NCBI GenBank assembly: GCA_041660885.1
Contig: JBAZVM010000007.1
Coordinates: 17,896 to 81,895, forward strand
Length of the DNA: 64,000 nt
DNA from: Patescibacteria group bacterium
Lineage (GTDB): Bacteria; Patescibacteriota; Patescibacteriia; UBA9570; JAHJKD01
Reading direction: 5' to 3'
The translations under genes and the position numbers were made by a program. Below the pieces are notes generated by a model. That model was not told the DNA's origin. It searched no databases and was given only the letters and a program-made list of their open reading frames with translations. Below, one piece after another: positions 1 through 10,054 of this stretch (its first letter is position 1; every line of letters starts with the position of its first letter).

Positions 1-1196
1 TTCGCCAACTTGGAAGCTAAGTACGCCGTCTCATCTTCTTGCGTCATGGTTTGCGGCGTTAAAATGGTAATTACCGCGTCTACGTTTTTATCGCTTAATA
101 CCGCTTCTAAAGCCAGCTGATAGCGATCGGCCAAGGCATCACCGATAATGTCTACGGGATTATGCACGGAAGCAGATTTGGGCAAGTGCCGATGCAGATA
201 CGCGTTTGTTTCATTGGTGAATTTGGCCAAAACCAAATGAGTATCGCTTAAAGCATCAGTAGCCATGATGCCGGGCCCGCCCGCGTTAGTGATAATAGCC
301 ACGCGATTGCCCCGAGGCAAAGGCGCCAAACTGAAGGCTTTGGCAAAATCAAAAAGGTCTTCCACGGTTTTGGCGCGTATCACGCCGCACTGCTTGAAAG
401 CGGTTTTTATCACTCTATCGGATCCGGCTAAGGAGCCGGTATGAGAAGAAATAGCCGCCACTCCGGCAGAACTGGTGCCGGATTTTAAAACTATAATCGG
501 CTTGGTATTGGTAATTTTATCGGATAGTTTCATGAACGCCTGGCCATCGGTAATGCTTTCCAAATACATCATGATCACTTTGGTTTCCGGATCTTGAGCT
601 AAATATTTCATGAGATCTATTTCCGAAAGGCCGGCTTTGTTGCCAATGCTGATTATTTTAGAAAATCCGATTTTAGATTGATATGCCCAATCCATAATGG
701 CCACGGCCATGGCGCCGGATTGCGAAATCAACCCCACTTTGCCTTTTTCCGGCATGCCATCGGCAAAAGAGGCGTTTAAATTGATGTGCGGATTAATAAT
801 GCCCAAACAATTCGGGCCGATTAAATCTATTTTATATTTTTTTATGATAGCTTTCACCTGTTCCTCGCGCGCGGCGCCCGCCTCCCCTGTTTCTTTGAAT
901 CCGGCGGAGATGATTATTACTCCTTTAATTTTTTTCTTGCCGCATTCTTCCAATACATTGGCCACGAAATTAGCAGGTACCATAATTATAGCTAAATCTA
1001 CATTTCCTTTGATATTCAAAACGCTCGGATAACAAGTTAATCCGAGAATTTGGTTGGCTTTCAAATTTACCGGATAAATTTTCCCTTTAAATCCTAATTT
1101 TTTTATATTTTCCAAGACATCATGTCCTAAAGAACCTGGGCTTCTACTCGCGCCTATCAATGCTATAGATTTCGGTTTAAAAATATGGTCAAACAT
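1..1196 (-). CDS. NDP(ADP)-forming acyl-CoA/acetyl-CoA synthetase, N-terminal part (3' end runs off the window)
   Basis: Not in the ORF track because it is open to the window edge. Reverse-strand translation from the ATG at 1196-1194 gives MFDHIFKPKSIALIGASRSPGSLGHDVLENIKKLGFKGKIYPVN...GLISQSGAMAVAIMDW...AIITNAGGPGIMATD. This is the CoA-binding plus succinyl-CoA-synthetase-like pattern of NDP-forming acyl-CoA synthetases. Track ORF 697..1032(+) is antisense to it. Confidence 0.75.
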   Translation of the reverse strand, partial: MFDHIFKPKSIALIGASRSPGSLGHDVLENIKKLGFKGKIYPVNLKANQILGLTCYPSVLNIKGNVDLAIIMVPANFVANVLEECGKKKIKGVIIISAGFKETGEAGAAREEQVKAIIKKYKIDLIGPNCLGIINPHINLNASFADGMPEKGKVGLISQSGAMAVAIMDWAYQSKIGFSKIISIGNKAGLSEIDLMKYLAQDPETKVIMMYLESITDGQAFMKLSDKITNTKPIIVLKSGTSSAGVAAISSHTGSLAGSDRVIKTAFKQCGVIRAKTVEDLFDFAKAFSLAPLPRGNRVAIITNAGGPGIMATDALSDTHLVLAKFTNETNAYLHRHLPKSASVHNPVDIIGDALADRYQLALEAVLSDKNVDAVITILTPQTMTQEDETAYLASKLA

Positions 1197-1278
1197 GGCC
1201 GTATTATACCATAAACCTATTTCTTTTACAAAAAACAGCCTATTTTTATTAAGGCTGTTTTTGTTATTAGTTTCTTTA

Positions 1279-3084
1279 TTACAAAGGAGATACTAAAGCG
1301 GTTGTTGGATCGCTCCAGTCGCTGGCAAACCAAGTTTCATCAACATAATTATAAGCTTTAACTTTAAAAGTGTAATTTTTTCCGATCTGCCAGGTAAATT
1401 TATCGTGTCCTTTATTGGGAAGCCAGAAATAGATGCGGCCATTTTTCATGTGGTTGCGAATTGTTTTCCTGTTGTCAAAAGTAAATAATGTTTTTTTATT
1501 ACTATTATTTTTTTGAACTTGAACAACGTATTTTTGCGCCTTGCTTATCGCCTTCTTTTTCCAAGATATATACACTTGTCCATGCCATGGAATAGCCTCG
1601 TCCAACCGCATTTTCTTGCGCGGCACTTGAATTTCTTTAACGGTAGTTGGTTTCCTTGTTATTGCTTCCTCGTTTCCCGCGCTATATTCGCTGGTAATAT
1701 CATCGACTCTATCGGCTATTAAAGCGTATTGGGAAAAATGGTTAACCTGCATGCTTACCGTATCGTTAGTCGTATCCACGGAATATTGTTGAGGCAGCAA
1801 ACGAAACCAACGATTGTCTTCTTCATCGTAATAAGCAGGAATTAAATCTTCTTCGGTTAATCCCAATTGAGCAACAACATTACTATCATAGCTAAACTCA
1901 ATACTAAGCGGTCGATTAAAAGATTTAATCGAATTATTATTCGTGTCATAAGCGGTAAAATTATAGCTGAATCCTTCAATGGGGTAATCTATTACCGGCA
2001 AATCAAACGCGGCTTCGGCGATCACGCTGACATCCCCTGCTTCCTCGTCTATGGCGTACGCGGGAATGGCAATTTGCGTTCCATCCGACATGGTAATAGT
2101 ATAATCAGACTGCGAAGAAAAAGTGCCATTGGAGCCGGTGACATCATCGAGATCAAAACGTTCGGTCATGACGAAATCAGAAGCGGTTGTCCCCGCTGGC
2201 ATAACGATGCTGCCGTAATATGATTTAGTGCCTACTCTTGCTACTACGTTGATAATATATTCGTAATCATCATTTAAAGTAAAGCTGCAAGTCGCGTCGG
2301 TGCATGTACCTTGAGCGTAAGGCCCACTCGGCAAATAAGACCCCGGATTATCTTCGTCCGGTATCAAAGCGTAGGCTATAGCCGACCCGCTAGAGATATC
2401 TAAAGGGGAAAAATTTTCATCTAATAAAGAAAGTTGATAGCTATCAGACGCAACCGTAAAACTGATATCACCCAAATCGATCACATCACCGCGCGTGGGA
2501 ACAAAATTTCTGTAAGACACGCCCATGGTGTTCCCGTCGTAACTATTAATTATTATTTCATAAGTACCGGGCGCGATATTGGAAATATTAAACTTTCCCG
2601 TGCTGTCCGTTTGTCCGGAATAATAATCGTTGTCGCTTTCCGCTTCTTTACGCAAAATAGAAACATAATCATCGGCTCTGGGCGCGCCGTCTTCATCGAT
2701 AATTTTTCCTCGCACCGTTCCTTGCTGGTCAACCAAATTTACATAAACATTTTCCTCGTATGTTAAGCCATCTTTCACGTAAAAAGAATAATTTCCGTAA
2801 TTGTATCCTTCAGTTTGCAATTCGCATCCTGTTCCGCTGGAAAAATAAAGGCTGTATTCTCCTTCAGCGGCTACCGTAAAAACAAATGTTCCGTCTACCG
2901 CCGATGTAGTGGTCGTATCCACTCCTCCGCCGTTTAATAATAGACTCACAGAACACTCCGCTCCCGTTACTGTCTCTCCCACGGTGTTAAAAATTTGTCC
3001 GTTTATGGTGGACGCGGCCCAAGAGACTTGGGCAAACACAAATACTCCGATCATTGCCATCGGAATAACAAGCCATTTTTTCAT
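1279..3084 (-). CDS. secreted protein with carboxypeptidase-regulatory-like beta-sandwich repeats
   Basis: 601 aa with a signal peptide (MKKWLVIPMAMIGVFVFAQVSWA). Repeated beta-sandwich-like segments (GEYSLYF, GTYEIIINSYDG). No catalytic motif recognised. Confidence 0.6.
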   Translation of the reverse strand: MKKWLVIPMAMIGVFVFAQVSWAASTINGQIFNTVGETVTGAECSVSLLLNGGGVDTTTTSAVDGTFVFTVAAEGEYSLYFSSGTGCELQTEGYNYGNYSFYVKDGLTYEENVYVNLVDQQGTVRGKIIDEDGAPRADDYVSILRKEAESDNDYYSGQTDSTGKFNISNIAPGTYEIIINSYDGNTMGVSYRNFVPTRGDVIDLGDISFTVASDSYQLSLLDENFSPLDISSGSAIAYALIPDEDNPGSYLPSGPYAQGTCTDATCSFTLNDDYEYIINVVARVGTKSYYGSIVMPAGTTASDFVMTERFDLDDVTGSNGTFSSQSDYTITMSDGTQIAIPAYAIDEEAGDVSVIAEAAFDLPVIDYPIEGFSYNFTAYDTNNNSIKSFNRPLSIEFSYDSNVVAQLGLTEEDLIPAYYDEEDNRWFRLLPQQYSVDTTNDTVSMQVNHFSQYALIADRVDDITSEYSAGNEEAITRKPTTVKEIQVPRKKMRLDEAIPWHGQVYISWKKKAISKAQKYVVQVQKNNSNKKTLFTFDNRKTIRNHMKNGRIYFWLPNKGHDKFTWQIGKNYTFKVKAYNYVDETWFASDWSDPTTALVSPL

Positions 3085-3124
3085 ATTTTTTTATTTATTT
3101 AAAATGCTAATATAATACTTCAGC

Positions 3125-4369
3125 CTAATTTAACTCTTCCTCAATTTGCATCAAGCGATTATATTTAGAAACGCGCTCTGTACGGCAGAGCGAGCCTGTT
3201 TTAATGTAATCCGCGCTTACGGCCACGGCTAAATCGGCAATGGTGGTATCTTCTGTTTCGCCGGAGCGGTGAGAAACCACTACTTTGTATTTATTCTTTT
3301 GCGCCAAAGTGATGCAAGAAACAGTTTCGGTAAGCGTGCCGATTTGATTAAGCTTGATTAAGATGGCGTTCCCCACCTTGCGCTCGATGCCCATTTGCAA
3401 GCGCTTAATATTGGTAACGAATAGGTCATCCCCGATCAAGTGAATCTTTTTTCCCAAACGGCGAGTTAACGCCCACCAGTTATCCCAATCGTCTTCGGCT
3501 ATGCCGTCTTCCATAGAAATCATATGATATTTATCCACCCATTTTTCGTACACTTCCATTAGCTTTTTCGCGTCCACTTTTTTCTTATCAAATTTATATT
3601 TATTCTTTCCCAAATAAAATTCCGAAGCCGCGGCATCCAAAGCCAAATTAATGTCCCTGCCCAACACATAGCCCGCTTCTTCTATGGCTTTTTTAATATA
3701 AATAAGAGCGTCTTCATTTTTATGCAAATGCGGCGCAAACCCGCCTTCGTCTCCCACGCCCACGCTTTGTCCGGCTTTAGTGAGAATCTTTTTTAAAGCG
3801 TGAAAAACTTCGGCGCCCTGGCGCACGCGTTCGTGTAATTTTTTCGCTTGAGGCACTACCATGAATTCTTGGATTTCAAGACCACTATCAGCATGTTTGC
3901 CGCCATTTAGAATGTTCATCATGGGATATGGTAGTTTATAGTGTTTCGTTGGCAGTTTATAAGTATCGTGAATATACTTATAAAGCGGCTGATTCTTGGC
4001 TTGGGCAGAAGCACGGGCGCAAGCAAGAGAAACGCCCAAGATGGCGTTGGCGCCAAGCTTGTCTTTATTTTCCGTGCCATCAAGTTTAATCATTAGCTCG
4101 TCTATAGCTTTCTGGTTAGCGGCATCTTTGCCAATTAATTTTGGCGCGATAATTTTATTTACATTATTCACGGCTTTAAGCGTTCCTTTGCCGTTGTATC
4201 TTTTTTTGTCGTTATCGCGCAGCTCCAAAGCTTCGTGCACTCCGGTGGACGCGCCCGATGGCACCATGGCCTCGGCTGACACGCCGTTTGTTAATGTCAC
4301 CTTGCAAGCTACCGTGGGATTGCCGCGGGAATCTAATATCTCGCGCGCGTGAATGGATTTAATTTTCAT
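3125..4369 (-). CDS. eno: enolase
   Basis: 414 aa. N-terminus MKIKSIHAREILDSRGNPTV and the SHRSGETEDTTIADLAV signature. Confidence 0.95.
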   Translation of the reverse strand: MKIKSIHAREILDSRGNPTVACKVTLTNGVSAEAMVPSGASTGVHEALELRDNDKKRYNGKGTLKAVNNVNKIIAPKLIGKDAANQKAIDELMIKLDGTENKDKLGANAILGVSLACARASAQAKNQPLYKYIHDTYKLPTKHYKLPYPMMNILNGGKHADSGLEIQEFMVVPQAKKLHERVRQGAEVFHALKKILTKAGQSVGVGDEGGFAPHLHKNEDALIYIKKAIEEAGYVLGRDINLALDAAASEFYLGKNKYKFDKKKVDAKKLMEVYEKWVDKYHMISMEDGIAEDDWDNWWALTRRLGKKIHLIGDDLFVTNIKRLQMGIERKVGNAILIKLNQIGTLTETVSCITLAQKNKYKVVVSHRSGETEDTTIADLAVAVSADYIKTGSLCRTERVSKYNRLMQIEEELN

Positions 4370-4380
4370 AAATATTATTA

Positions 4381-5508
4381 TTAGTTAAGAGCGATTACTC
4401 CGGGCAGCTTTTTTCCTTCCAAAAACTCCAGCATGGCGCCGCCGCCGGTGGAAATAAAAGATATTTTATCAGCCAAGCCCATGGCTTTTACCGCTTCTAC
4501 TGTTTCTCCGCCGCCGATAACGGAATAAGCCGAAGACGCGGCCACGGCTTTGGCAATGGCCAGCGTGCCTTTGGCAAACTCTTCTTCTTCAAATATGCCC
4601 ATGGGGCCGTTCCAAATAATTGTCTTGGCTTTGCTAATGGCTTCGTTATACAAACTTACCGTGTCTGGCCCGATATCCAAGGCCATTTCATCCGGCTCTA
4701 TTTCGCCCACGGCTTTTATTTTTAAATCCGCTTTATCTTCTATGCTTTTTGAAACAATAACATCTTCAGGCAAGCGCAGTTTATTGCTTAGTAAATCTTT
4801 TACCGTATCGGTTAAATCGGCTTCTACCAAAGATTTTCCCAGTTTATGATTCTGCGCCAACAAAACCGTGTTGGCCAAAGCTCCGCCCAATAGTAAATAT
4901 TCTACTTTGGGCAATAAATTTTTAATCAGACCAATCTTGGTGGAAATTTTCGCGCCACCGATAATGGCAACGATTGGTTTCTCCGGATTATTCAATACCT
5001 TTTGCAAATTATTAACTTCCTTTTCCATGAGCAAGCCCGCGGCATGGGGCAATAAACGCGCCACGCCTTCGGTGGAAGCGTGCGCCCGGTGCGCCGTGCC
5101 AAAGGCGTCGTTTACATAGCAATCGCCCAAGGCGGCTAGCTGTTTACAAAAAACGGGATCATTCTTTTCCTCACCAGCATAAAAACGAATATTTTCCAGC
5201 AAAACTATTTTTCCTTCTGGCACGGTTAAATCTTTGCTATAGGAAACATGCTCGCCCAATAACTCATGCAATTTTAAAGAGACCGGTTCCAAGCGCATGT
5301 CTTCGTTTACCTTGCCCTTGGGCCTTTTAAAATGCGCCATGATAATTATTTGTTTGGCGTTTCTTTTTATCAGCTCCTTTATAGTCGGCAATGCTTCTTC
5401 GATTCTAGTGGCATCTTTAACTTTTTTGTTTTCATCTAGCGGCACGTTGAAATCCACGCGCAGCAGGACTTTTTTTCCCTCCACGTTCAAATCTTTTAAG
5501 GTCTTCAT
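4381..5508 (-). CDS. pgk: phosphoglycerate kinase
   Basis: 375 aa with LLRVDFNVPL, NDAFGTAHRAHAS and STGGGAMLEFLEGK motifs. Adjacent to eno. Confidence 0.95.
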   Translation of the reverse strand: MKTLKDLNVEGKKVLLRVDFNVPLDENKKVKDATRIEEALPTIKELIKRNAKQIIIMAHFKRPKGKVNEDMRLEPVSLKLHELLGEHVSYSKDLTVPEGKIVLLENIRFYAGEEKNDPVFCKQLAALGDCYVNDAFGTAHRAHASTEGVARLLPHAAGLLMEKEVNNLQKVLNNPEKPIVAIIGGAKISTKIGLIKNLLPKVEYLLLGGALANTVLLAQNHKLGKSLVEADLTDTVKDLLSNKLRLPEDVIVSKSIEDKADLKIKAVGEIEPDEMALDIGPDTVSLYNEAISKAKTIIWNGPMGIFEEEEFAKGTLAIAKAVAASSAYSVIGGGETVEAVKAMGLADKISFISTGGGAMLEFLEGKKLPGVIALN

Positions 5509-5521
5509 AATTAATTATATG

Positions 5522-5562
5522 CCTCTCCCCCTGACCCCCCTCTCCGTTTTCCGGAGAGGGGC
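5522..5562 (+). repeat. CCTCTCCCC-CTGACCCC-hairpin repeat, copy 1 of 5
   Basis: Sequence cctctccccctgacccccctctccgttttccggagaggggc, with a 10-bp stem CCCCTCTCCG/CGGAGAGGGG. The same family recurs at 48910, 49994, 50147 (inverted) and 53892. Confidence 0.8.
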
Positions 5563-5582
5563 AAGAGTATAAAAGAGGAAAT

Positions 5583-8450
5583 TTATTTTTTAATATTTTT
5601 TTGCTCTATGGGAATTTTGGCGTTGAAAGTGGAACCTTTGCCCAAGCCCTTGGACTCCGCCCAAATTTTTCCGCCATGGCCTTCCACGATTTTCTTGGCA
5701 ATGAAAAGGCCCAGGCCAGCGCCATTGGGGTTTACTTTCATCATGCCGTCTCCGCGCACAAATTTATTAAACAGCTTGGGCGCTTCTTTCGGGTTTATGC
5801 CGATGCCCGTATCTTTCACGGAAATCAGCACATGGCCATCCAGCTTTTTTAAGCTTAATTCGATTTGGCCTTTATCCGTATATTTAATGGCGTTGTCTAC
5901 CAAGTTTAAAATGACGTCTTGAATTTTATCCATATCCACTGTTACTTCGGGAATGGTCTGTTCCGGTTCGTTAAGAATCAGCTTAATATTCTTTTTATCG
6001 GCCGTGGGTTTTAATTCGTGAAGCTGCCTGGCAGATACTTCCACCAAATTGGCCTTGGCCCAAGAAAAGTTGAACCTGCCCGCTTCTATTCTGGCAATAT
6101 TCAAGAAGAGATTCACCATGCGGATAAGCCGGCGAGAAGCATCAAACACTTCTTTCATAATGGGAATTTGTTTGCGGGATAATTTTCCATAATCCCCTTC
6201 TATGATCATGGAAAGGTAGCCCATAATGCCGGAAAGCGGGGTGCGCAACTGATGGCTGGTGATGGACATAAATTCCGATTTCGCGGTGTCCAATTCTTTC
6301 AAATGTTCGTTTACTTCTATTAATTTTTTATTGATTTCTTTTACTTTGTTGTAAACTTCGGCGCGCTCCAGAGCCAAACCCATTTGGTTGGCCACCACGC
6401 TTAACAAACGCAAATCGTCTTGGGATAAATCTTCCTTAGCTTTAAGCAAACTGAAATGGATTACACCCAATACTCTATCGCCGGCTATCAGCGGATAAAC
6501 CATACCGGTTTTCATGCGCGGTTTTAGGCTGTCTATTTTCTTTACCAAAACCGCCGGCAACGGAGGCGATAAGAAATCCGAAAGCCTGGAAGAAATTTGC
6601 TCTTTTCTTTGTATAACGGCTTTAGCCAATAAATTGTCGCCATCCACGATAGACAAACAGTATTTGGATAAATCTTTTCCGACCAAATTAAAAATTGCTT
6701 CCGCTTCGCTGGTGTTCATGGAAATGGATTTGCCGATCAATTGCTTGCCATCCGTGCTTGTTAAGGCCAGCAAAGCCGTGCTACAAAAGGGAATGTCTTC
6801 GGGAATTTCATTGATAATGTTTTGGCTGATTTGGTCTATTTCCAAAGTGGATAAAATGGTGTTGGAAAATTTCTGCAAAGTATTCAAGGAAGAATTGCGT
6901 TCCGCCAAGAATACGTTGGTTTGTTTTAAAGCCACATTGGCTTTTTTTAAATTCTTCGTGGCGCGTTCCACTTCTTTCTGCAACTTCACATTGAACTTCT
7001 GCGCTTCCTGATACAATTTGGCTTTTTCCAAAGAGGTGGCCAATTGCGGGGAAACCACTTCCAAGAAATGAATGTCTTCATTGGTAAAAACATCTCCGCT
7101 GCTTTTCGCGGCCATTAATATCAAAGCGGAAATATTTTTATCCTTGAAAACCGGGGTAACCAAAGCCGCGTTCAAACCGTTTATTTCGGCCAATATTTTT
7201 TCTATTTTTTTGGCTTCCACTTCATCCGGCATGTCGTACATCATTCTTTCCAACTCGTCGTAAACTATAATATCTTTATGCTCGGTTAAATATTTCACCA
7301 AAGCCGAGGAAATGGTCTTTTTTTGCTGGAGCTGTTTCTTTTTTCTGTTCCTCTTTAAAATATTCCCGTTAATTTCTTCGTATTCCTGATAATCTAAAAA
7401 ATCATTATCCGGAGAGGTAATGAGCACGCGCACCTTTTTTATTTTTAAATTATCCTCCAACTGGCTCTGCGTTTCCAGCACAATCTTGCGCACGGACATT
7501 TCTTCCGAAAGCGTTTTTGTCAGCTTCCTTAGAACCTCATCGTAATCTATCTTGCCTTTAAAAAATATTTTATCCGTAATCTTGGCCAAGAACGCCTTTA
7601 GCGGATCCAACAATAATACTATTAAAACCGAAGCCACTATCCAAGCAATGTATTTGTTGATTCCCGGAGTATCGGCAAAGAATATGGCAGCCAAAAGGGA
7701 CACCAGCACAAATGTGGCGGTGACGATAAAGGTCATGATAAAGAAGACGAGAGAACGAGTGATGATGAAAGAAACATTCATCAAACGGTAGCGGATGATG
7801 GCAAATACGGTGAATCCTCCCATGAATAAGGCTAATATCTGCCCAAGCCAATTGAATACAAAATTACCCATCCATGGCATTATCAAATTGGTAGACATAG
7901 CGAAATTTGAGGCTAAAAAATAACCCCAAAATACATATTTAATCTGGGATTTCTCTGCTGGCGAATATTGTTTTGAAAAATATTTTCTTAATAAATTAAT
8001 TAACCCTAAACTGAAGTAGCCGCTAATATATAAAGCATATAAATAATAAAGAGATCCAAAATCTATAAATTTTTCTTCACCAGGTATAAAAGCCACATTC
8101 TCAATAATATAATCCGGTAAAATAATTAAAATTATTAATAGTATCTGTGGTATGAAAATCAATAGGGTTCTTAAAAAGCTTCTTTTTCCTTTTGGAAAAA
8201 TAAAAGTAAAGTAAACAAAAGGGCTGGCAGTAAATGTAGCGGCTATGTATAGAACTCTGCACCAAAAAACAGATGCTTCTACAGTAGTAGCGGCTCTATA
8301 AAGAATCATTGATAATACCCAAAAAATAACTCCAATAACTACAAAGAAATATGCGATATTGGTAATTTTTCTGGAACGGGCAAGAAGTAAATATGCTAAA
8401 AAAATATTAAAACAGACTACAATGACCAGTATAATATTAATTGCATCCAT
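5583..8450 (-). CDS. sensor histidine kinase (N-terminal 7TM receptor domain, GAF-like regions, HisKA, HATPase_c)
   Basis: 955 aa with a multi-TM N-terminus. H-box FMSITSHQLRTPLS. ATPase motifs NLVDNAIKYT, DTGIGI and GAGLGLFIAKKIVEGHGG. Confidence 0.85.
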   Translation of the reverse strand: MDAINIILVIVVCFNIFLAYLLLARSRKITNIAYFFVVIGVIFWVLSMILYRAATTVEASVFWCRVLYIAATFTASPFVYFTFIFPKGKRSFLRTLLIFIPQILLIILIILPDYIIENVAFIPGEEKFIDFGSLYYLYALYISGYFSLGLINLLRKYFSKQYSPAEKSQIKYVFWGYFLASNFAMSTNLIMPWMGNFVFNWLGQILALFMGGFTVFAIIRYRLMNVSFIITRSLVFFIMTFIVTATFVLVSLLAAIFFADTPGINKYIAWIVASVLIVLLLDPLKAFLAKITDKIFFKGKIDYDEVLRKLTKTLSEEMSVRKIVLETQSQLEDNLKIKKVRVLITSPDNDFLDYQEYEEINGNILKRNRKKKQLQQKKTISSALVKYLTEHKDIIVYDELERMMYDMPDEVEAKKIEKILAEINGLNAALVTPVFKDKNISALILMAAKSSGDVFTNEDIHFLEVVSPQLATSLEKAKLYQEAQKFNVKLQKEVERATKNLKKANVALKQTNVFLAERNSSLNTLQKFSNTILSTLEIDQISQNIINEIPEDIPFCSTALLALTSTDGKQLIGKSISMNTSEAEAIFNLVGKDLSKYCLSIVDGDNLLAKAVIQRKEQISSRLSDFLSPPLPAVLVKKIDSLKPRMKTGMVYPLIAGDRVLGVIHFSLLKAKEDLSQDDLRLLSVVANQMGLALERAEVYNKVKEINKKLIEVNEHLKELDTAKSEFMSITSHQLRTPLSGIMGYLSMIIEGDYGKLSRKQIPIMKEVFDASRRLIRMVNLFLNIARIEAGRFNFSWAKANLVEVSARQLHELKPTADKKNIKLILNEPEQTIPEVTVDMDKIQDVILNLVDNAIKYTDKGQIELSLKKLDGHVLISVKDTGIGINPKEAPKLFNKFVRGDGMMKVNPNGAGLGLFIAKKIVEGHGGKIWAESKGLGKGSTFNAKIPIEQKNIKK

Positions 8451-8522
8451 ATAATTATTTTGTATTTATTATTTTTTCAACCTTAGAGAATTTAACTATA
8501 ATATTATAACAGATTTTTCCTA

Positions 8523-8561
8523 AAACTAAAAGAAGACTTGTTTCCAGCCAAACAAGTCTTC
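8523..8561 (-). terminator. intrinsic terminator of the GC-rich 2-gene unit
   Basis: On the minus strand GAAGACTTGTTT-ggctgg-AAACAAGTCTTC is followed by TTTTAGTTTTAG. It lies 35 nt after the 8596 stop. Confidence 0.7.
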
Positions 8562-8595
8562 GTTCCCCAAGCGCAGCATGCTGTCGCATCCGCAC

Positions 8596-9636
8596 TCAGG
8601 GCTTCTCCGCCTTCTTTTCGCGCACGTTGTCGTAGTGCGCTACCAGAAGGGGAATAAACCCGAGGTGAGCCGCGATCTCCGCGAACTCACCCATGTCTTG
8701 GAAACCATTGCGACCATTCCCGTTGGCCGCAACAGTAACCACCGCTTCCCACACACAACCCGGAAGCCAGTTGGCCTTATAACCGGGAAGGGCGGGACTA
8801 AAAGCGAACCCAGGAAGAGAGATGGCCACCTTGTACAAGTGGCACCCTCGAGCTCGAACGAGTTCGCACAGCCAGCTTGGAATCTGGGGGTGCGTATCGT
8901 CGAGCACTTTGGTGCCCTTCGCAAGATGTGGCACACAACTCTCGAATTGTTCACCTTCGGCGGTGAGCACGACGACCACCTGGCATTTCTCCAACCGGCT
9001 GGGGTCGGAGGTGCGAGTGACGCCGCCGTCGTACTGTTCTTCTTTGAAACGCTGATCGAGGGCTACGATGTTCTGGTAGCCCAACTCCTTGAGCCGCTCG
9101 ATCAACCGAGAACCAGAGTAACCACCCCCACCAACCACCGCCAGTTGTTTCATGCGGTGGATCTCGTGGCGTGCATATACCATGTGCACGCCCTGAGAAA
9201 TGGTGTGGATGGTTCCTCGAACGCCGTCCACGAATGGATGGGCGTTCATATCGTGTCCGTGCCGCGCCAAAATACCCGGCATGCGCCCGGCAATGGCCAC
9301 CTTGGTCTCCGAAGAGATTCGGGCAGCCGTATACCGAAGCGCACCGTACAGACGCGCCGCCTCAGAGGGCTCCGCCTCCGCCTGCTGTGTGGAGATCATT
9401 GTCCCGAAGTAGAGACCTCCCCCGATGAACCCAAGCGGGAACACCGTTGGAAAGATCCTTTTCGCGATGCCGATCGTCCACGCAGGGAAGTAGCCCTTTG
9501 TGTCTTCGGGTGTACCGGGGTACACCACGAAGATGAAGGGCCACTGCCGCTGTCGGAAGATGTGCCACCCCAGCAGGAGGGTGACCATCTGTACGAACCG
9601 GAACATGGTCCGGTTCAGACGCCGTAGCGTCCTCAT
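8596..9636 (-). CDS. NAD(P)-binding oxidoreductase, acyl-ACP-reductase / shikimate-DH-like family (GC-rich island 1)
   Basis: 346 aa. Rossmann motif VVGGGGYSGSRLIERLKELGY. N-terminal FIFVVYPGTPEDTKGYFP and the overall layout resemble cyanobacterial acyl-ACP reductase-type proteins (from memory, not searched). Hydrophobic N-terminus. SD GGAGGTG lies 4 nt before the ATG. The antisense 349-aa track ORF is rejected. Confidence 0.6.
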   Translation of the reverse strand: MRTLRRLNRTMFRFVQMVTLLLGWHIFRQRQWPFIFVVYPGTPEDTKGYFPAWTIGIAKRIFPTVFPLGFIGGGLYFGTMISTQQAEAEPSEAARLYGALRYTAARISSETKVAIAGRMPGILARHGHDMNAHPFVDGVRGTIHTISQGVHMVYARHEIHRMKQLAVVGGGGYSGSRLIERLKELGYQNIVALDQRFKEEQYDGGVTRTSDPSRLEKCQVVVVLTAEGEQFESCVPHLAKGTKVLDDTHPQIPSWLCELVRARGCHLYKVAISLPGFAFSPALPGYKANWLPGCVWEAVVTVAANGNGRNGFQDMGEFAEIAAHLGFIPLLVAHYDNVREKKAEKP

Positions 9637-9673
9637 GGTGCACCTCCAATGTTGTGGGTAGCGAGTTGAGACA

Positions 9674-9835
9674 TCACGTGATGGCGAGCATCACCGCAAT
9701 GAACGCCGTAACCGCCAGCAATGCAAGCACTGCCACCGGCCAGACGCCAAGCAATGGTGCCCACCAGGGGAGATTCCGCATCTCCTCCAACTTATCACGG
9801 ATGTCCGTGGTTTCATCCGGCGACAACGGGGCCAT
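9674..9835 (-). CDS. small membrane protein (53 aa), first gene of GC-rich island 1
   Basis: Below the track size cut-off. My translation is MAPLSPDETTDIRDKLEEMRNLPWWAPLLGVWPVAVLALLAVTAFIAVMLAIT. SD AAGGAGG lies 5 nt upstream. There is one C-terminal TM helix. The stop is 38 nt before the next start. Confidence 0.5.
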   Translation of the reverse strand: MAPLSPDETTDIRDKLEEMRNLPWWAPLLGVWPVAVLALLAVTAFIAVMLAIT

Positions 9836-10030
9836 GATGCCCTCCTTCTTTTTGCGCTACTTACTCCTTGTTGATTTCCTGTTTCTTCGTCTTGGGAACG
9901 AACTTTGAAACAGGAAGTGGGTTGAATTGCCTCCCAAGGGATAGGGAGGGCTTCTCTGTGAACTATTTAAATGTACTATCCCACAGTGAAAAAGCGGTAT
10001 TGAAGCACTACAAAAATTTCTTTGTATAAC

Positions 10031-10053
10031 AAAAAAGCCCGCCTGAACGGGCT
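10031..10053 (-). terminator. intrinsic terminator-like hairpin directly after a promoter
   Basis: Minus strand AGCCCG-ttcagg-CGGGCT followed by TTTTTTG. It starts 2 nt after the putative -10 at 10055-10060. Confidence 0.45.
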
Positions 10054-10054
10054 C

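Noticed and set aside
697-1032. 111-aa plus-strand ORF.
   Set aside because: It is antisense to the well-supported acyl-CoA synthetase frame.
8578-9627. 349-aa plus-strand ORF, together with 8640..8954, 8822..9055, 9171..9428, 9200..9412 and 9362..9649, overlapping the 346-aa minus-strand gene.
   Set aside because: These are Arg/Pro/His-rich products with no motifs. Long stop-free frames on both strands are expected in GC-rich DNA. Only the minus-strand frame has an SD, a Rossmann motif and a terminator.
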